Made by a program: the position numbers and the translations under genes. A model generated the notes under the pieces. That model was not told the origin of the DNA. It worked only from the letters and a program-made list of their open reading frames with translations, and ran no database searches. DNA of 24,704 nucleotides from NCBI GenBank assembly GCA_012862495.1, contig BLSG01000260.1, positions 149,745 through 174,448 of the forward strand, in the 5' to 3' direction. The number at the start of each line of letters is the position of its first letter. Position 1 is the stretch's first letter. Below, one piece after another: positions 10,703-21,500 of this stretch. The stretch is from Thraustochytrium aureum. Taxonomy: Eukaryota.

Positions 10703-13019
10703 CTTCTTCATTGACCCGGCCAGGGCGTCAAGCTGGCGGATGTTGTACTGGATCCGCGGGACGTCCGCCTTGCGCACCGCCTCGATCACCAGCGCGCGAT
10801 CCGACCAGTTCCGGAGAAACATCCGCCCGGCGACCTGGTGAGCACAAAGCGCGAGAGTGATTCGGCGCACGACGCTAAACTCGACCGCGTCCCAAGCGTA
10901 CCGCGGGTTGTCCTGCAGACGCACCACGTTCACCACGTCGCGCTCAGAGACCGACCTGACGACTTGGACAGGACCTGAAGCACCGCGCCTGCTAGTCTGT
11001 ATCGCAACAGGAACCGGCCAAGCACAAGCCCAAGGACCTCGTCGCTGCCCAACCCGGCGAGCGCCTCTGCGTCGCTCTCGACAAGCAATCCAGCGTTCAC
11101 AGCCTCAAGGACAAGGACGTGGCGACCCGCGCAAGAGTCCTTAATCCGGATCTCGGCCCGCGGCGCCGTCATCGAGCCCCTTCGCGGCGGCGGCGGCAGC
11201 GAGGCGCCGCCCGCCAACGTGGACCGATTCATCTTTGCGAGCCTGTGCTGCGTCCACCACAGAGGGTTGCGCGTTTGCGCCTCGCGAACCCAGCGCGGCA
11301 CAGCGTTGCCGAAATAGGACAGGAACTGGCAAACCACTCCGTCCGAGAATTGAGCCATCTCGTCAAAGCTCAGCCTGCCAGGCGCCCCCACCTGCGGTTC
11401 AAGCTCGCCTGCTGGCTTGAGGGTTGGCGGCGCGCCTGTTGAGCTCGCTGCGCTGCTTGCTTCCGGTGGGTCTTGCTGCTGCAATTCGACTTGGGTGCGG
11501 CCGACCAGAACAAGGTTCCAGAGCGAGTCGCGCGCTCGCAGGAACGTGGCCGATGAGGACCGCGCCGTCAGAACTAAACTGAGCGCGTCTGGGTCGAGCT
11601 CCCTTGGTAACCAGTCCACCACAGTCTTCCCGTCAGCCTCCAGGTCCTCGACCCCGTCCACGACGAGGACAATATACCGTCCGTGGAGTTTGCAGGCGTC
11701 TAACAGAGCCAGAAAGGCGAGCATCGGGCTCCGCTCCTTGGCGGGATCAAAGCCACCCCCGACAAGGTCAGGGAACGCCCAAACTGCGGCATCCAGCACG
11801 AGCTGCACCAAATTGCTAAACGTGCGAAAGCTCGACCACCCAGAGACCATCGCGCCCACGACGAGCGTTGGCTTTCCCTCGATTTGCAAAACTTGCAAGA
11901 AGCTGCCTGTATCCGCCGGGCCGCCGCTGCGCGCGCCAGGCCCACTCCACGCTGGGTACTTTGCGGCGAGCTCGCCGACCAGCTGCGCAGCAAGCGAGGA
12001 CTTGCCGCAGCCCCGTGGCCCAGCGAGCAGCAGCGGTGTTCCAAAACGGGCTTTCAACGGCGTCACCATGCACGCCTCGTCCCAGTCCTTGTCCAGCTCC
12101 GCGACGAACAACGACCGCTCCAACTGGTCGCCTAGGCAGTCGTCCTCCTCGGCCTTTCCGCTCAAAATGTGCCACTGCATCCCGCTCTCCTCGACGCGCT
12201 CTATCTGGCGCTGCTTGAGCTCGAGCGGGCGCCACGGCAGCGAGCCGTGCAGGCCCTGCACCCCGCTGCGAACGAACTCGTGCAGCGAAGTCAGCGCCGC
12301 CTGCGTGTAGCCGCCATGTGCGTTGTGCCTCCGCTTTTCGAGACCGATGCCCTCAAATGCCCAGGCTGTGGCCTCAAGTCGCGACGGAGCCTTGCCGAAG
12401 CAGCTTTCAACGGTGCGGTGAATGTGCTCCAGGCAAAACGTCGCGACATCCTTCACCGAGGCAAAGTCCGCTTTGAGCGTCGCCAGGGTATCTCCAATCA
12501 TCTCTTCCAAACGCAAGAGCCCGTCAAAGTTTTGGTCTGGGCTCGCCTCGTGCGGATCCTCAGCTAAGAGTTGATCTTCGGCCGCTTTGCAGACCGGGTG
12601 TCGCTTGGCGAATAGCACGGATCCCCGGTCGAACGCGGCCTCGGGATCGCCTTGGACAAGCGGCAGGGTCCAGCCGAGTTCGGCTGCCACCTCAAAGACG
12701 CTGCGGTTGGCCGACCGGAGTCTCTCTGGGAGCCACGGCATCAGCGAAACTAGCCGCGGGTCGAGCGGCTCGCGCAGCTGCCACCCGTGACGATCTCCAA
12801 ACATGTAAATCAGCGTCGGCCTGCATTGCTCTACCTCGTAAAAAGCGCCTCGAGCCGCCTGCTGCGATCGACTCGGGCCTTTCTTGCGACAGCGGGCTTG
12901 CCGCCGCCTTGCTTTTGGGCCCGTGGCGCGCGCTTCGGAGTCGCTGGTGCAGGTTCCGAGCCGGCATCAAGGTCAGCACTCTCGAGGTGATCCATCAAGT
13001 CGACAATGCAAAACGAAAA
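10703..13019 (-). CDS. STAND-class NTPase: DUF4062-like domain + NACHT/AAA_16 (TEP1/NPHP3/NWD-like), C-terminal end unresolved at gap 10472-10702
   Basis: FYEVEQCRPTLIYMFGDRHGW matches the DUF4062-type EI..CRP.FIG.LG.RYGW motif; Walker A LLLAGPRGCGKSSL (~11998-12021); Walker B IVLVVDGVEDL (11641-11673); DWLP...LVLTAR; NPLW. Frameshifts are needed near 12842 and near 10960. Confidence 0.8.
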
Positions 13020-13426
13020 NNNNNNNNNNNNNNNNNNNNNNNNNNNNNNNNNNNNNNNNNNNNNNNNNNNNNNNNNNNNNNNNNNNNNNNNNNNNNNNNN
13101 NNNNNNNNNNNNNNNNNNNNNNNNNNNNNNNNNNNNNNNNNNNNNNNNNNNNNNNNNNNNNNNNNNNNNNNNNNNNNNNNNNNNNNNNNNNNNNNNNNNN
13201 NNNNNNNNNNNNNNNNNNNNNNNNNNNNNNNNNNNNNNNNNNNNNNNNNNNNNNNNNNNNNNNNNNNNNNNNNNNNNNNNNNNNNNNNNNNNNNNNNNNN
13301 NNNNNNNNNNNNNNNNNNNNNNNNNNNNNNNNNNNNNNNNNNNNNNNNNNNNNNNNNNNNNNNNNNNNNNNNNNNNNNNNNNNNNNAGCAAAGCGAGGGG
13401 GGTGCGCAAAATGGCCCACAACTTAC

Positions 13427-15249
13427 AAAACGCGAAGATGGCGGTCCTTGGGCAGTCGCAAAACGCGCTGGACGTCCACCTTGGCGCGGATGCGGAGGTG
13501 CCGGCTCTGGCCCGTCATGATCGTTCCGCGCACATAGCAGAATGAACGAAGGACGTAGACGCCTGGCACGAGCTTGGCAATCTCCTCCTCGTCTCCAAAC
13601 TCGATCGGCCCACTTCGCACGGCCTCCAGCGGGCGCCGCAGCAGGCACTCTTCCCTCAACAAGGCCTCGTCCGCCTTGTCCCCGACCGCCAACGTGTCAG
13701 CGTAGCTTGCCTCGCTACAAGGGCCGCCAGTGGCCTTGAACAAGCCGACCCAGTCGCTCTGCTCCCTGTTGCTCGCCGAGCTGACAAACATCGATCCCGA
13801 AACGAATCGCGCCAGCAATGGCTCCCCGCATGCAACGGTTTCCTGTGCCCACTCAAGCCGCATGGTCACATGGGTGATCTCCAGAATAGTGCCTTTGCCG
13901 ATCGCGTGAAGGCTGTCATGGATCAAGTAGTACACCGCGTACGTCCCTGCGCAGTGCAGCTCTGACCCGTCAAAGTTGACAGTGCCGCTGTTGCCGTCTG
14001 GCACGCGGGCTGTTGCAACGATGCACTTTTCGTCAAGCTCGCTCGAGAAGCGCGAAACGCTGAGTGCGTTGGGCGAGAGCCTCCCGCCCGCGTCTTCCGC
14101 GTGCCGCACGATCGCGATGCGGTCGCGCGGACCATGCTCTCGCGACGGGTCGTCCAGGTGTTCGTAGCTGTATCGGACCGCGACCGGCTCGCGGAGAATC
14201 GACCGTTGCCCAGAGGCCACCGCCAGCACCGCCGTGGCGCGAAACTCTTCCCACTTCGGGTAGATGGTCTGCACTTTGCGGCTCTCGGCTCGATTGGACG
14301 GCGCCGCTCTCCGATCGCGCGCCAGCGCCCCAAACACCGTGTCGCGCGCAAAGAGCGGGTCGGATTTCTCCATCGCGGTCAGCTTGAGCTCGTCGCGAAA
14401 TGCCGCGCAGCTCCTCTTCGGCGTGGTCGGGACCCCGGCGAGCAAGGAAACGCCGTGCGCCTCGTGCGCCTCGTCCTCGCTCTGATTGTCGCCAATACGG
14501 AGCAAGTCCTCCGAGCGCATGTCATCTTTTCCTCGCGATAGCGGCGAGAGCCGCTTTGGCGGCGGCGCAGCTATGTCTGTGTGCGGCGCGATCGCCTCGA
14601 GGTGCAGGAGGTACTTTTCCGGTGCTTCTTGCAGCTCGCGGGCCTCGCGCTTCTTCCGCTGCGCCAGGTAGCATTTAATCAAGTTGCTGCGCGACTCAAG
14701 CGTGGCTGGGTCGCGCATGCCGAAGCTTCTTGCGCGAAGCATAAACACCCGGGTCAGCATCTGCTCGCCGCGAAGGAGGGTCTTTGCGATGACGCCGCTC
14801 GGCTTGGTCGCTTTGCGCCGGGGCGGGTCCGCTGCCGCGGCCCGGCTCCGAGCCCCACTCGTGTACGTGGTCGAACGCTTTGATGCATTGCTCTGCTTTC
14901 TGCCCGCTGGGTCGAACGAGCCCAGGCTCGAGCTCGAGCTCAGCAAACCCTTCGATAATGTGCGCGGCAAGCCGTTTAGCTGGCCCATTGTCTGTGAACG
15001 GCCGATGCCCGGCGCCCTCTTTCCGCGTTTTCCGTTGCTTGTGTTGGCTTCTGGCTTTGCCTCGGGCTTTGGTGGGGCCATTTCGGCGTATTTGCTCAGG
15101 ATGTGCGGAGGCGACTGGAAGTAGCGTGTGTCCGTGTCGGCCTTGACGCCGATCTGGAGAGCAAGGTACGCCTCTGCATCCCTTTTCAGCCGCGCCACGT
15201 CGCTCACAGGTGTTGCCAGCAAGCCTTGGAACTCTGGCCGTTCTCGAAG
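13427..15249 (-). CDS. Probable upstream exon of the STAND gene: low-complexity region, one TPR-like motif, two SKICH-like beta-sandwich domains
   Basis: Frame open from the gap edge (LRERPEFQGLLATPV...). TPR-like SFGMRDPATLESRSNLIKCYLAQRKKREA at ~14630-14760. Two related units (GPRDRIAIVR...SGTVNF...GTYAVYYL and QSDWVGLFK...SGPIEF...PGVYVLRSF). Ends HLRV-TT then GTAAGT (donor G at 13426), giving LRVF as at the start of DUF4062 domains. Confidence 0.7.
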
Positions 15250-16177
15250 CNNNNNNNNNNNNNNNNNNNNNNNNNNNNNNNNNNNNNNNNNNNNNNNNNN
15301 NNNNNNNNNNNNNNNNNNNNNNNNNNNNNNNNNNNNNNNNNNNNNNNNNNNNNNNNNNNNNNNNNNNNNNNNNNNNNNNNNNNNNNNNNNNNNNNNNNNN
15401 NNNNNNNNNNNNNNNNNNNNNNNNNNNNNNNNNNNNNNNNNNNNNNNNNNNNNNNNNNNNNNNNNNNNNNNNNNNNNNNNNNNNNNNNNNNNNNNNNNNN
15501 NNNNNNNNNNNNNNNNNNNNNNNNNNNNNNNNNNNNNNNNNNNNNNNNNNNNNNNNNNNNNNNNNNNNNNNNNNNNNNNNNNNNNNNNNNNNNNNNNNNN
15601 NNNNNNNNNNNNNNNNNNNNNNNNNNNNNNNNNNNNNNNNNNNNNNNNNNNNNNNNNNNNNNNNNNNNNNNNNNNNNNNNNNNNNNNNNNNNNNNNNNNN
15701 NNNNNNNNNNNNNNNNNNNNNNNNNNNNNNNNNNNNNNNNNNNNNNNNNNNNNNNNNNNNNNNNNNNNNNNNNNNNNNNNNNNNGGTCGAGTTGCTTTGG
15801 TTGGACGGACAAGCCCAGGTCCCGGCGATGTCGGACTCGGAGCTCCTCGAGATGCCCATCCACGGTCGGCCTGCGATGGCTCTATCGCGTTGCATGAGAC
15901 TCTCGGTCGTGCTCGTGCATGCGGGCGTGCGTGTGCGCATGCGTGAACTGGTGTCGCTTCTGATTCATTCTCAACAAAAGGAGGGCGCAGCGGCGCTGGA
16001 CCGCCCGAGCTCCGTCAAGCTCAGATCGTGCACGAGGCAATCCGCTTGTGGCGAGACTTTGGCCGGCAAGGGCAGAGCGCGAAGCATTCCTTGCAGGGGC
16101 TGTTGGTACAGTGTACTCTACTAGCTAGCTTCAAAAGCGAGCGCAGGCTGCACATCGCGACAGGTGCCAGGGCGACC

Positions 16178-17406
16178 TCAAGGGGGCGACGAGAGCGGCG
16201 CCAACGCAACAAGCACGGCAACCCCTTCCATCGCGTTGGGGCCGAGGTGCGACGGCTGGATCGCCCACACGCTCCAGCCCTGCGATTCTAACCCTGCGAA
16301 AAAGCCTTCCTCGCGTCTGTGCAGCGAGGGCGAAACGTCAGAGCCGAGCCCATTTCGCATTTCGCATTCCGTACGAAGAGCGAGCAGAGGCTGCGCTGCA
16401 GCGGTCAACTTACTCGGGGAAGCGGAGCTTGACTGTGAAAAGCACAGCAGCGCCTGGACGCACAACCACCTTGAGGGTCGCAAGCAGGGCGGGGAATGAG
16501 CCCGCGTCGTAGAGCACGTCCGAGCAAAGCACGAGGGAAAAGGCCCGAGAGCAGGCCAAGCCACCTCCCCTGGATGGGGCACCGCCACGCCCAGCAGGCA
16601 GGCACTCACTCGGTCAGATCTGCTTGGCGGACTGCGGCGCGGCACAACCCAGTCCCACTTACCATTCAAGGGCGCGAACGTCTACCGTGCCAGGCTTGAC
16701 GAGGCCGGCTTGAACGTTGCGCTCGACATTTGCTCGGAGCAAGTCCAGCATAAGCGGGCGGTCGCTGAGCACCGTGGACCGCGCTCCAAGCGCAGCAGCC
16801 GTGAGCCCGACCGCGCCTTTGCACACCGTCGCGTCAGCGGGGCTCGCGCTCAAGCCACGTCAGAGCAACCAGGTCCACTCACCAGTCCCGCTCCCGAGCT
16901 CGAGCACGTCCGTGGAGCGCAGCCAGTCGTGACCGAGCGTCGCGCCAAGCCACGCCAGAGCGCGGCACTGCATTACCCCGCAGTCCCAGACGACTGCGCC
17001 AAGGCCCTCGTGGTCCGCCATTTGCTCGACGCAAACCACGCGTCCAGGGCCGGCTTCAAAGGCAAACACCTTCNNNNNNNNNNNNNNNNNNNNNNNNNNN
17101 NNNNNNNNNNNNNNNNNNNNNNNNNNNNNNNNNNNNNNNNNNNNNNNNNNNNNNNNNNNNNNNNNNNNNNNNNNNNNNNNNNNNNNNNNNNNNNNNNNNN
17201 NNNNNNNNNNNNNNNNNNNNNNNNNNNNNNNNNNNNNNNNNNNNNNNNNNNNNNNNNNNNNNNNNNNNNNNNNNNNNNNNNNNNNNNNNNNNNNNNNNNN
17301 NNNNNNNNNNNNNNNNNNNNNNNNNNNNNNNNNNNNNNNNNNNNNNNNNNNNNNNNNNNNNNNNNNNNNNNNCCTCCGGCCGGCTCGTCAGCGCCGCAGC
17401 GTCCAT
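16178..17406 (-). CDS. METTL21/EEF1AKMT-like protein lysine methyltransferase (Methyltransf_16), three visible introns
   Basis: Exons >=17073-16883, 16816-16663, 16569-16414 and 16316-16178 splice in frame to give LGAVVWDCG, VLELGSGTG-AVGL, VLSDRP, LRANVERN, ALEWG, LVLCSDVLYD, KLRFPEREEGFF, TGA. Start ATG at 17406 (MDAAALTSRPE) lies beyond a gap and is tentative. Confidence 0.88.
16317..16413 (-). other. Spliceosomal intron, 97 nt
   Basis: GTAAGT donor, TCTGAC motif, CAG acceptor; removal gives RFPE-REEGFF. Confidence 0.85.
16570..16662 (-). other. Spliceosomal intron, 93 nt
   Basis: GTAAGT donor, TCTGAC motif, CAG acceptor; removal restores LEWG and the frame for SDVLY. Confidence 0.88.
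16817..16882 (-). other. Spliceosomal intron, 66 nt
   Basis: GTGAGT donor, GCTGAC branch-like motif, AAG acceptor; removal restores the SAM-binding GSGTGAVG motif. Confidence 0.88.
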
Positions 17407-17740
17407 CCCGCTGCCGCGCCAGCTCTTCGCTCGCTACGCGGCCCGTGGCGGTGCCAGAGCCGGGCTTGGGCGCCAGGGATGGAGGTAGGGAAAGCGATGC
17501 GCTCAACGGTCAGGTCCCGAAATTGTATTGGGGTTTAGGTGAGGCGCCGACAGAATCGCGGACGCGCAGGCGACGGAGCAGCGTCGCGCACCGCTCGAGC
17601 CGCTCGGGAGCTCGGACAAGTGCTCGACGTCGTGATAGAGACTCCACTGCCGCGCCTCGAGGTCTGCTGTTGTTTTTCGGCTGACGGCGGTGGACAACAC
17701 GGCGGGCGCTTGAGGTCCAAGTCGAGCTGGTTGTGCGAGG

Positions 17741-18139
17741 ATGGCGGACCCGCTGCGCGACGTGAGCATCTCGTTCGACGAGGAAGCGAACATCCGCGTG
17801 CTGGACCACGACAAGTTCACGAAGACCAAGGAGCTGCGCGATGAGTGCAGCGGGTTTTCGAGCAAGGTGACTGACTTTACGGAGGCTGTGCAGACGTTCG
17901 TCCAGGTGCTCGGCGCGCAGGCCGAGGTGATCGAGAAGGAGAAGTTGCGCGCCATCGGGCAGCGAAACCTGGTCGATTCGGAGGTTGAGACCCGCAAACA
18001 AAAGAAGAAGCAGCAGCTCTTGCTGATCCGCGAGCGCGAGGCCGAACTGGAGCGCCTTGCAGCGCAGGTGCAGTCGCTCGAGAAAGTCGAGGCGGAGCAG
18101 CTTGCGCTTATTGAAAAGCTCAGCAACAACGAAGCGTGA
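17741..18139 (+). CDS. IFT20: Intraflagellar transport protein 20
   Basis: 132 aa; ISFDEEANIRVLD, ELRDECSGF, IEKEKLRAIGQRN, ELERL...SLEKVEAEQLALIEKL match the IFT20 family. Single exon. Confidence 0.96.
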   Translation: MADPLRDVSISFDEEANIRVLDHDKFTKTKELRDECSGFSSKVTDFTEAVQTFVQVLGAQAEVIEKEKLRAIGQRNLVDSEVETRKQKKKQQLLLIREREAELERLAAQVQSLEKVEAEQLALIEKLSNNEA

Positions 18140-18400
18140 AGAGGGTGGGGGCCTGCGTGTGGCGCCCTGCCAGCTGGAGGGCGCATCGCGCGCTGCCCGC
18201 GGCGGCTCTCGCTATCAGCTCAGTGAACCTGCAAGGCTGCCGAGCACGACGCAGGCCACGGCCGAGCCTTTTTTTAAAATGAAAACAGCATTCATTCTTT
18301 CATGTTTGCTTTTGCTTCGAGCGGAGAGAGCGGTACTACCAAGGTACTGGTACTCTACCGAGAACAGCTGTGCAGTCCCTCTGACGCTCCGCACCGGCGG

Positions 18401-18485
18401 GCGCCCCACCCCCTGAGTTTATAAACTACAAGATCGCGTGCGCCCCCCGAGTCCATAAAGGTTGAGAAACTACAAGATCGCATGC
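18401..18485. repeat. Imperfect ~44-bp tandem duplication between the convergent IFT20 and TOP2 3' ends
   Basis: aaactacaagatcgc(g/a)tgc at 18423-18441 and 18467-18485, each preceded by a gcgcccc...gagt..ataaa segment. Confidence 0.75.
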
Positions 18486-18591
18486 TTGCTCGGCTTCTCG
18501 ACCTGCCCCGCCCGACCACGACTGCGGGTCGGGCCGGCTAGTTGGTGGTCAAACGCCGCTCCAGCGCCATCTCTGGGCCCCGGCAGCTGGG

Positions 18592-21500
18592 CTAGGCTGC
18601 CGCGACTCGACCCACCAGGAACCGCTCATCCTTCACAAGGGCAGCAGCGAGCTCGTCCAGGTCGCGTTCCCAGAGCTGCTCGGCCGTCGCATTCAGAAGC
18701 TGCGCTTGCGCCTCCTGCCGATCGCGCTGCGTGTCGCACAGCTTTTGAATGCGCTCAGCCGTCAGGTCCCACAGCGGCGTGCTGAGCAGGTAGTCGAACT
18801 GCTTTGCTTGCGGAAGGTCCGCCTTGGACGGCTCAAACGAGCCCTCCTCTGAAAAGCCGGCGGACTCGAGGTCAGCCAGAACTTGCTGCTTCGTCTTGCC
18901 AGTGACGACCAGGTCGCCATCGCACACTTGGCGCGTGAAGCGCACCTGGTTGTCGAGCTTTTTCAGCTGCCGGGCCAAGTCATCCAGCAGCAGCGCTTTG
19001 CGCTTCTGATAGCCCACAAGGCGGACCGGGTAGTAATCGTTGATGACCTCGCTTGGGCTGGCGTACTTGCGGATCGCCCCGGAGGAGTCAAAAAGATGCA
19101 TGTTGCCACACTGGAGCTTGCTCTGGAGGCCGAGGAGCTTGGGATCCTCTACAAGCGAGGCGCACTGCTCAGGAGTTGCCCACAGGATGAACCGCACATG
19201 GTCCTCCGAGTGGTCCTCATCGAAGCTCTTGAGTTGGTCCTCGTTGACGAGATTGGACAGCCGGTCCTTGAACTCCTCGGTCCAAACCCCAACCGGGAGC
19301 TCTTCAACGACAAGTTTTTCCAGCGCGCCCTTCCCATCGCGCGCCTTGCCGGAGCGAACTCGGAGCACGCCGCTGGTAAGAAAGCCAGCTTGGTACTTGG
19401 CGCCCAGGCGGTCGATCTGGCCCTTGAAGCCGCGGTACCACGGTCTCATCGGCTTGAGGGGCTCGCCGTGGAGCTTGCGCTTCAGGTTGTCGATCAAGTC
19501 TAGCGGGTTGTGGGCGGGAACGTGCGTCGAGAACCCTGTGCCGATGCCTTCAGCCCCGTTGACCAGGGCAAGAGGGATCACCGGCAGGTAGACGACAGGC
19601 TCCACGTCCATTCCGTCGTCCACGTTGTTTTCAAGGACTGCGTCGTCGACCTTGGGAAAGAGGAGGCGCGTGTACGGTTGCAGGGAGGTGAAGATGTACC
19701 GGGGACTCGCAGCGTCTTTGCCGCCCTGGAGGCGCGTCCCAAACTGGCCACTGGGCACGAGGAGCGGGAGGTTGCCAGACCCCACAAAGTCTTGCGCCAT
19801 GTTTGTGATTGTCATGTGGAGCGAAGCCTCGCCGTGGTGGTACGCGGTGTGCTCGCTGCAGTAGCCGGCGAGCTGCACGACCTTGATCTCCTTGTTCAGG
19901 TTGCGCATGAACGCAGCGAAAAGGACCTTGCGCTGCGACGGCTTGAGGCCGTCAATCGCCGAGGGGATGCTGCGCTCCATGTCGTGCCGAGAGAAGAAGA
20001 TGAGCTCCTTGTTGATGAAGTCGGTGTAGCTGAGCACATTGGCGGAGTGGTCTACCACGTCTAATGCTTCGACGGATTGCGAGAGCCAGAGTTTGCGGTC
20101 AGACACTCTTTTCTTGGCAAACGCCATCTCGATAGTGTCGTCAGGGTCGCCGGTTCGCCAGCCCCCGTGCCCTTTGCTACCCTTTTTGTGGCCTTGCTCG
20201 TGAGCGAGCCCGTCTCGCCACACGAAGGCCAGCACGTGCTTGTCGAGAGCAGAAAAGTACTCGCGCGCCTCTGCCGAAGTACTTGTCCCGAGGCCCTTGT
20301 AGTACTTTGNNNNNNNNNNNNNNNNNNNNNNNNNNNNNNNNNNNNNNNNNNNNNNNNNNNNNNNNNNNNNNNNNNNNNNNNNNNNNNNNNNNNNNNNNNN
20401 NNNNNNCCCTTGTAGTACTTTGTTGTCCAGCGGGCCATCTCGTCCGGACCGCGCTCCGCAGCCCAAGCCTCAAAGTCAGCCATGGTGAAGAAACTGTGCG
20501 TCGTCCCCTTGTTGTTGGTGGCCTTGAGGAGCGGAGTCACAAACTCGCTGAGAAAGCCGTCGCGTCGCAGCAGGTGAGGCCAGAAATGGTGAAACAGGTT
20601 GATCAGCAAGCCTTTGATGTGCGAGCCGTCATAGTCCTGGTCAGTCATGATCATGACGCGACCGTAGCGCAGCGTGTTGAACTGGGCGTCCGTCTTGTAC
20701 GTTTTTCGAAAGTCGAGCCCGAGGATGCGAAGCAGGTCTGTGATCTCGGCGCTGTTCGAGACCCGCAGCGCGGACACGTCGCGAACGTTGAGGGGCTTGC
20801 CGCGCAGGGGGAAGACGCCGTACTTGTCGCGGCCAATGGTGCTAATCCCGGCCACGGCGAGCGACTTGGCCGAGTCACCCTCCGTGAGGAACAAGGTGCA
20901 CTCGCTTGAACGCGCCGACCCAGCTAGGCTGGCATCCTCGAGCTTGGGGATGTCCAGAATCCGGCCGCGCGTCGCCTTCCCCTTGACCTTTTTCTCAAGC
21001 GTAGTCTGGTCGCGCTGAGACAGCTCTGCGGTGATGCGATCCACGATGCCCGACCGGTTGACCAAGTGGGAGACGAAGGAGCTCGGCAGCCCGTTCTCGA
21101 GCGCGTCGACCTTGTTCGAGGTCAGCCTGTCCTTGGCCTGCGAGTCGAATTGCGGGTTTGCCTGCTTGACGCTCACGAACAAGGCGAGGTGCCGCTCGAT
21201 CATCCTGCGCGTCACAGTGTTGGACCGCGACTTGGTCTTCGAGCCAGACACTTTGTCTGCCACGGCGGCAGTTATCTCCTTCATGACCCGGTCTACGTGC
21301 GGGCCGCCGCGGTCCGTCGACATCGAGTTGACGAAGCTGAGGTTGACAAAGTTGGAGTCCACGTCCTCAGGGTTTCGGAGCATGGCGACGACGCTTATGT
21401 CGTCGCTCGTGAAGGCGACACACGAGTTCTTCGACCTGTTCACGGAATCGCCCAGAAGCTCCACTGCATAACTGTCAAAGCTGCTGATTTTGATCTTCTT

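Noticed and set aside
10703..12804. Prokaryotic antiviral STAND (Avs-like) defence operon
   Set aside because: The context is eukaryotic, with spliceosomal introns and IFT20, and there is no operon structure.
7570..15890. Stop-codon reassignment suggested by TAG codons interrupting weak frames near 7577 and 15883
   Set aside because: Well-supported genes end in TAA, TGA and TAG and have no internal stops, consistent with the standard code.
15785..16177. Independent gene between the gap and the methyltransferase stop
   Set aside because: No frame gives a convincing protein. It may be the 5' end or promoter of the STAND gene, but this cannot be supported.
18401..18485. CRISPR-like repeat-spacer array (also considered for 7670-7713)
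   Set aside because: Only two short copies in each case, no cas genes, eukaryotic context.
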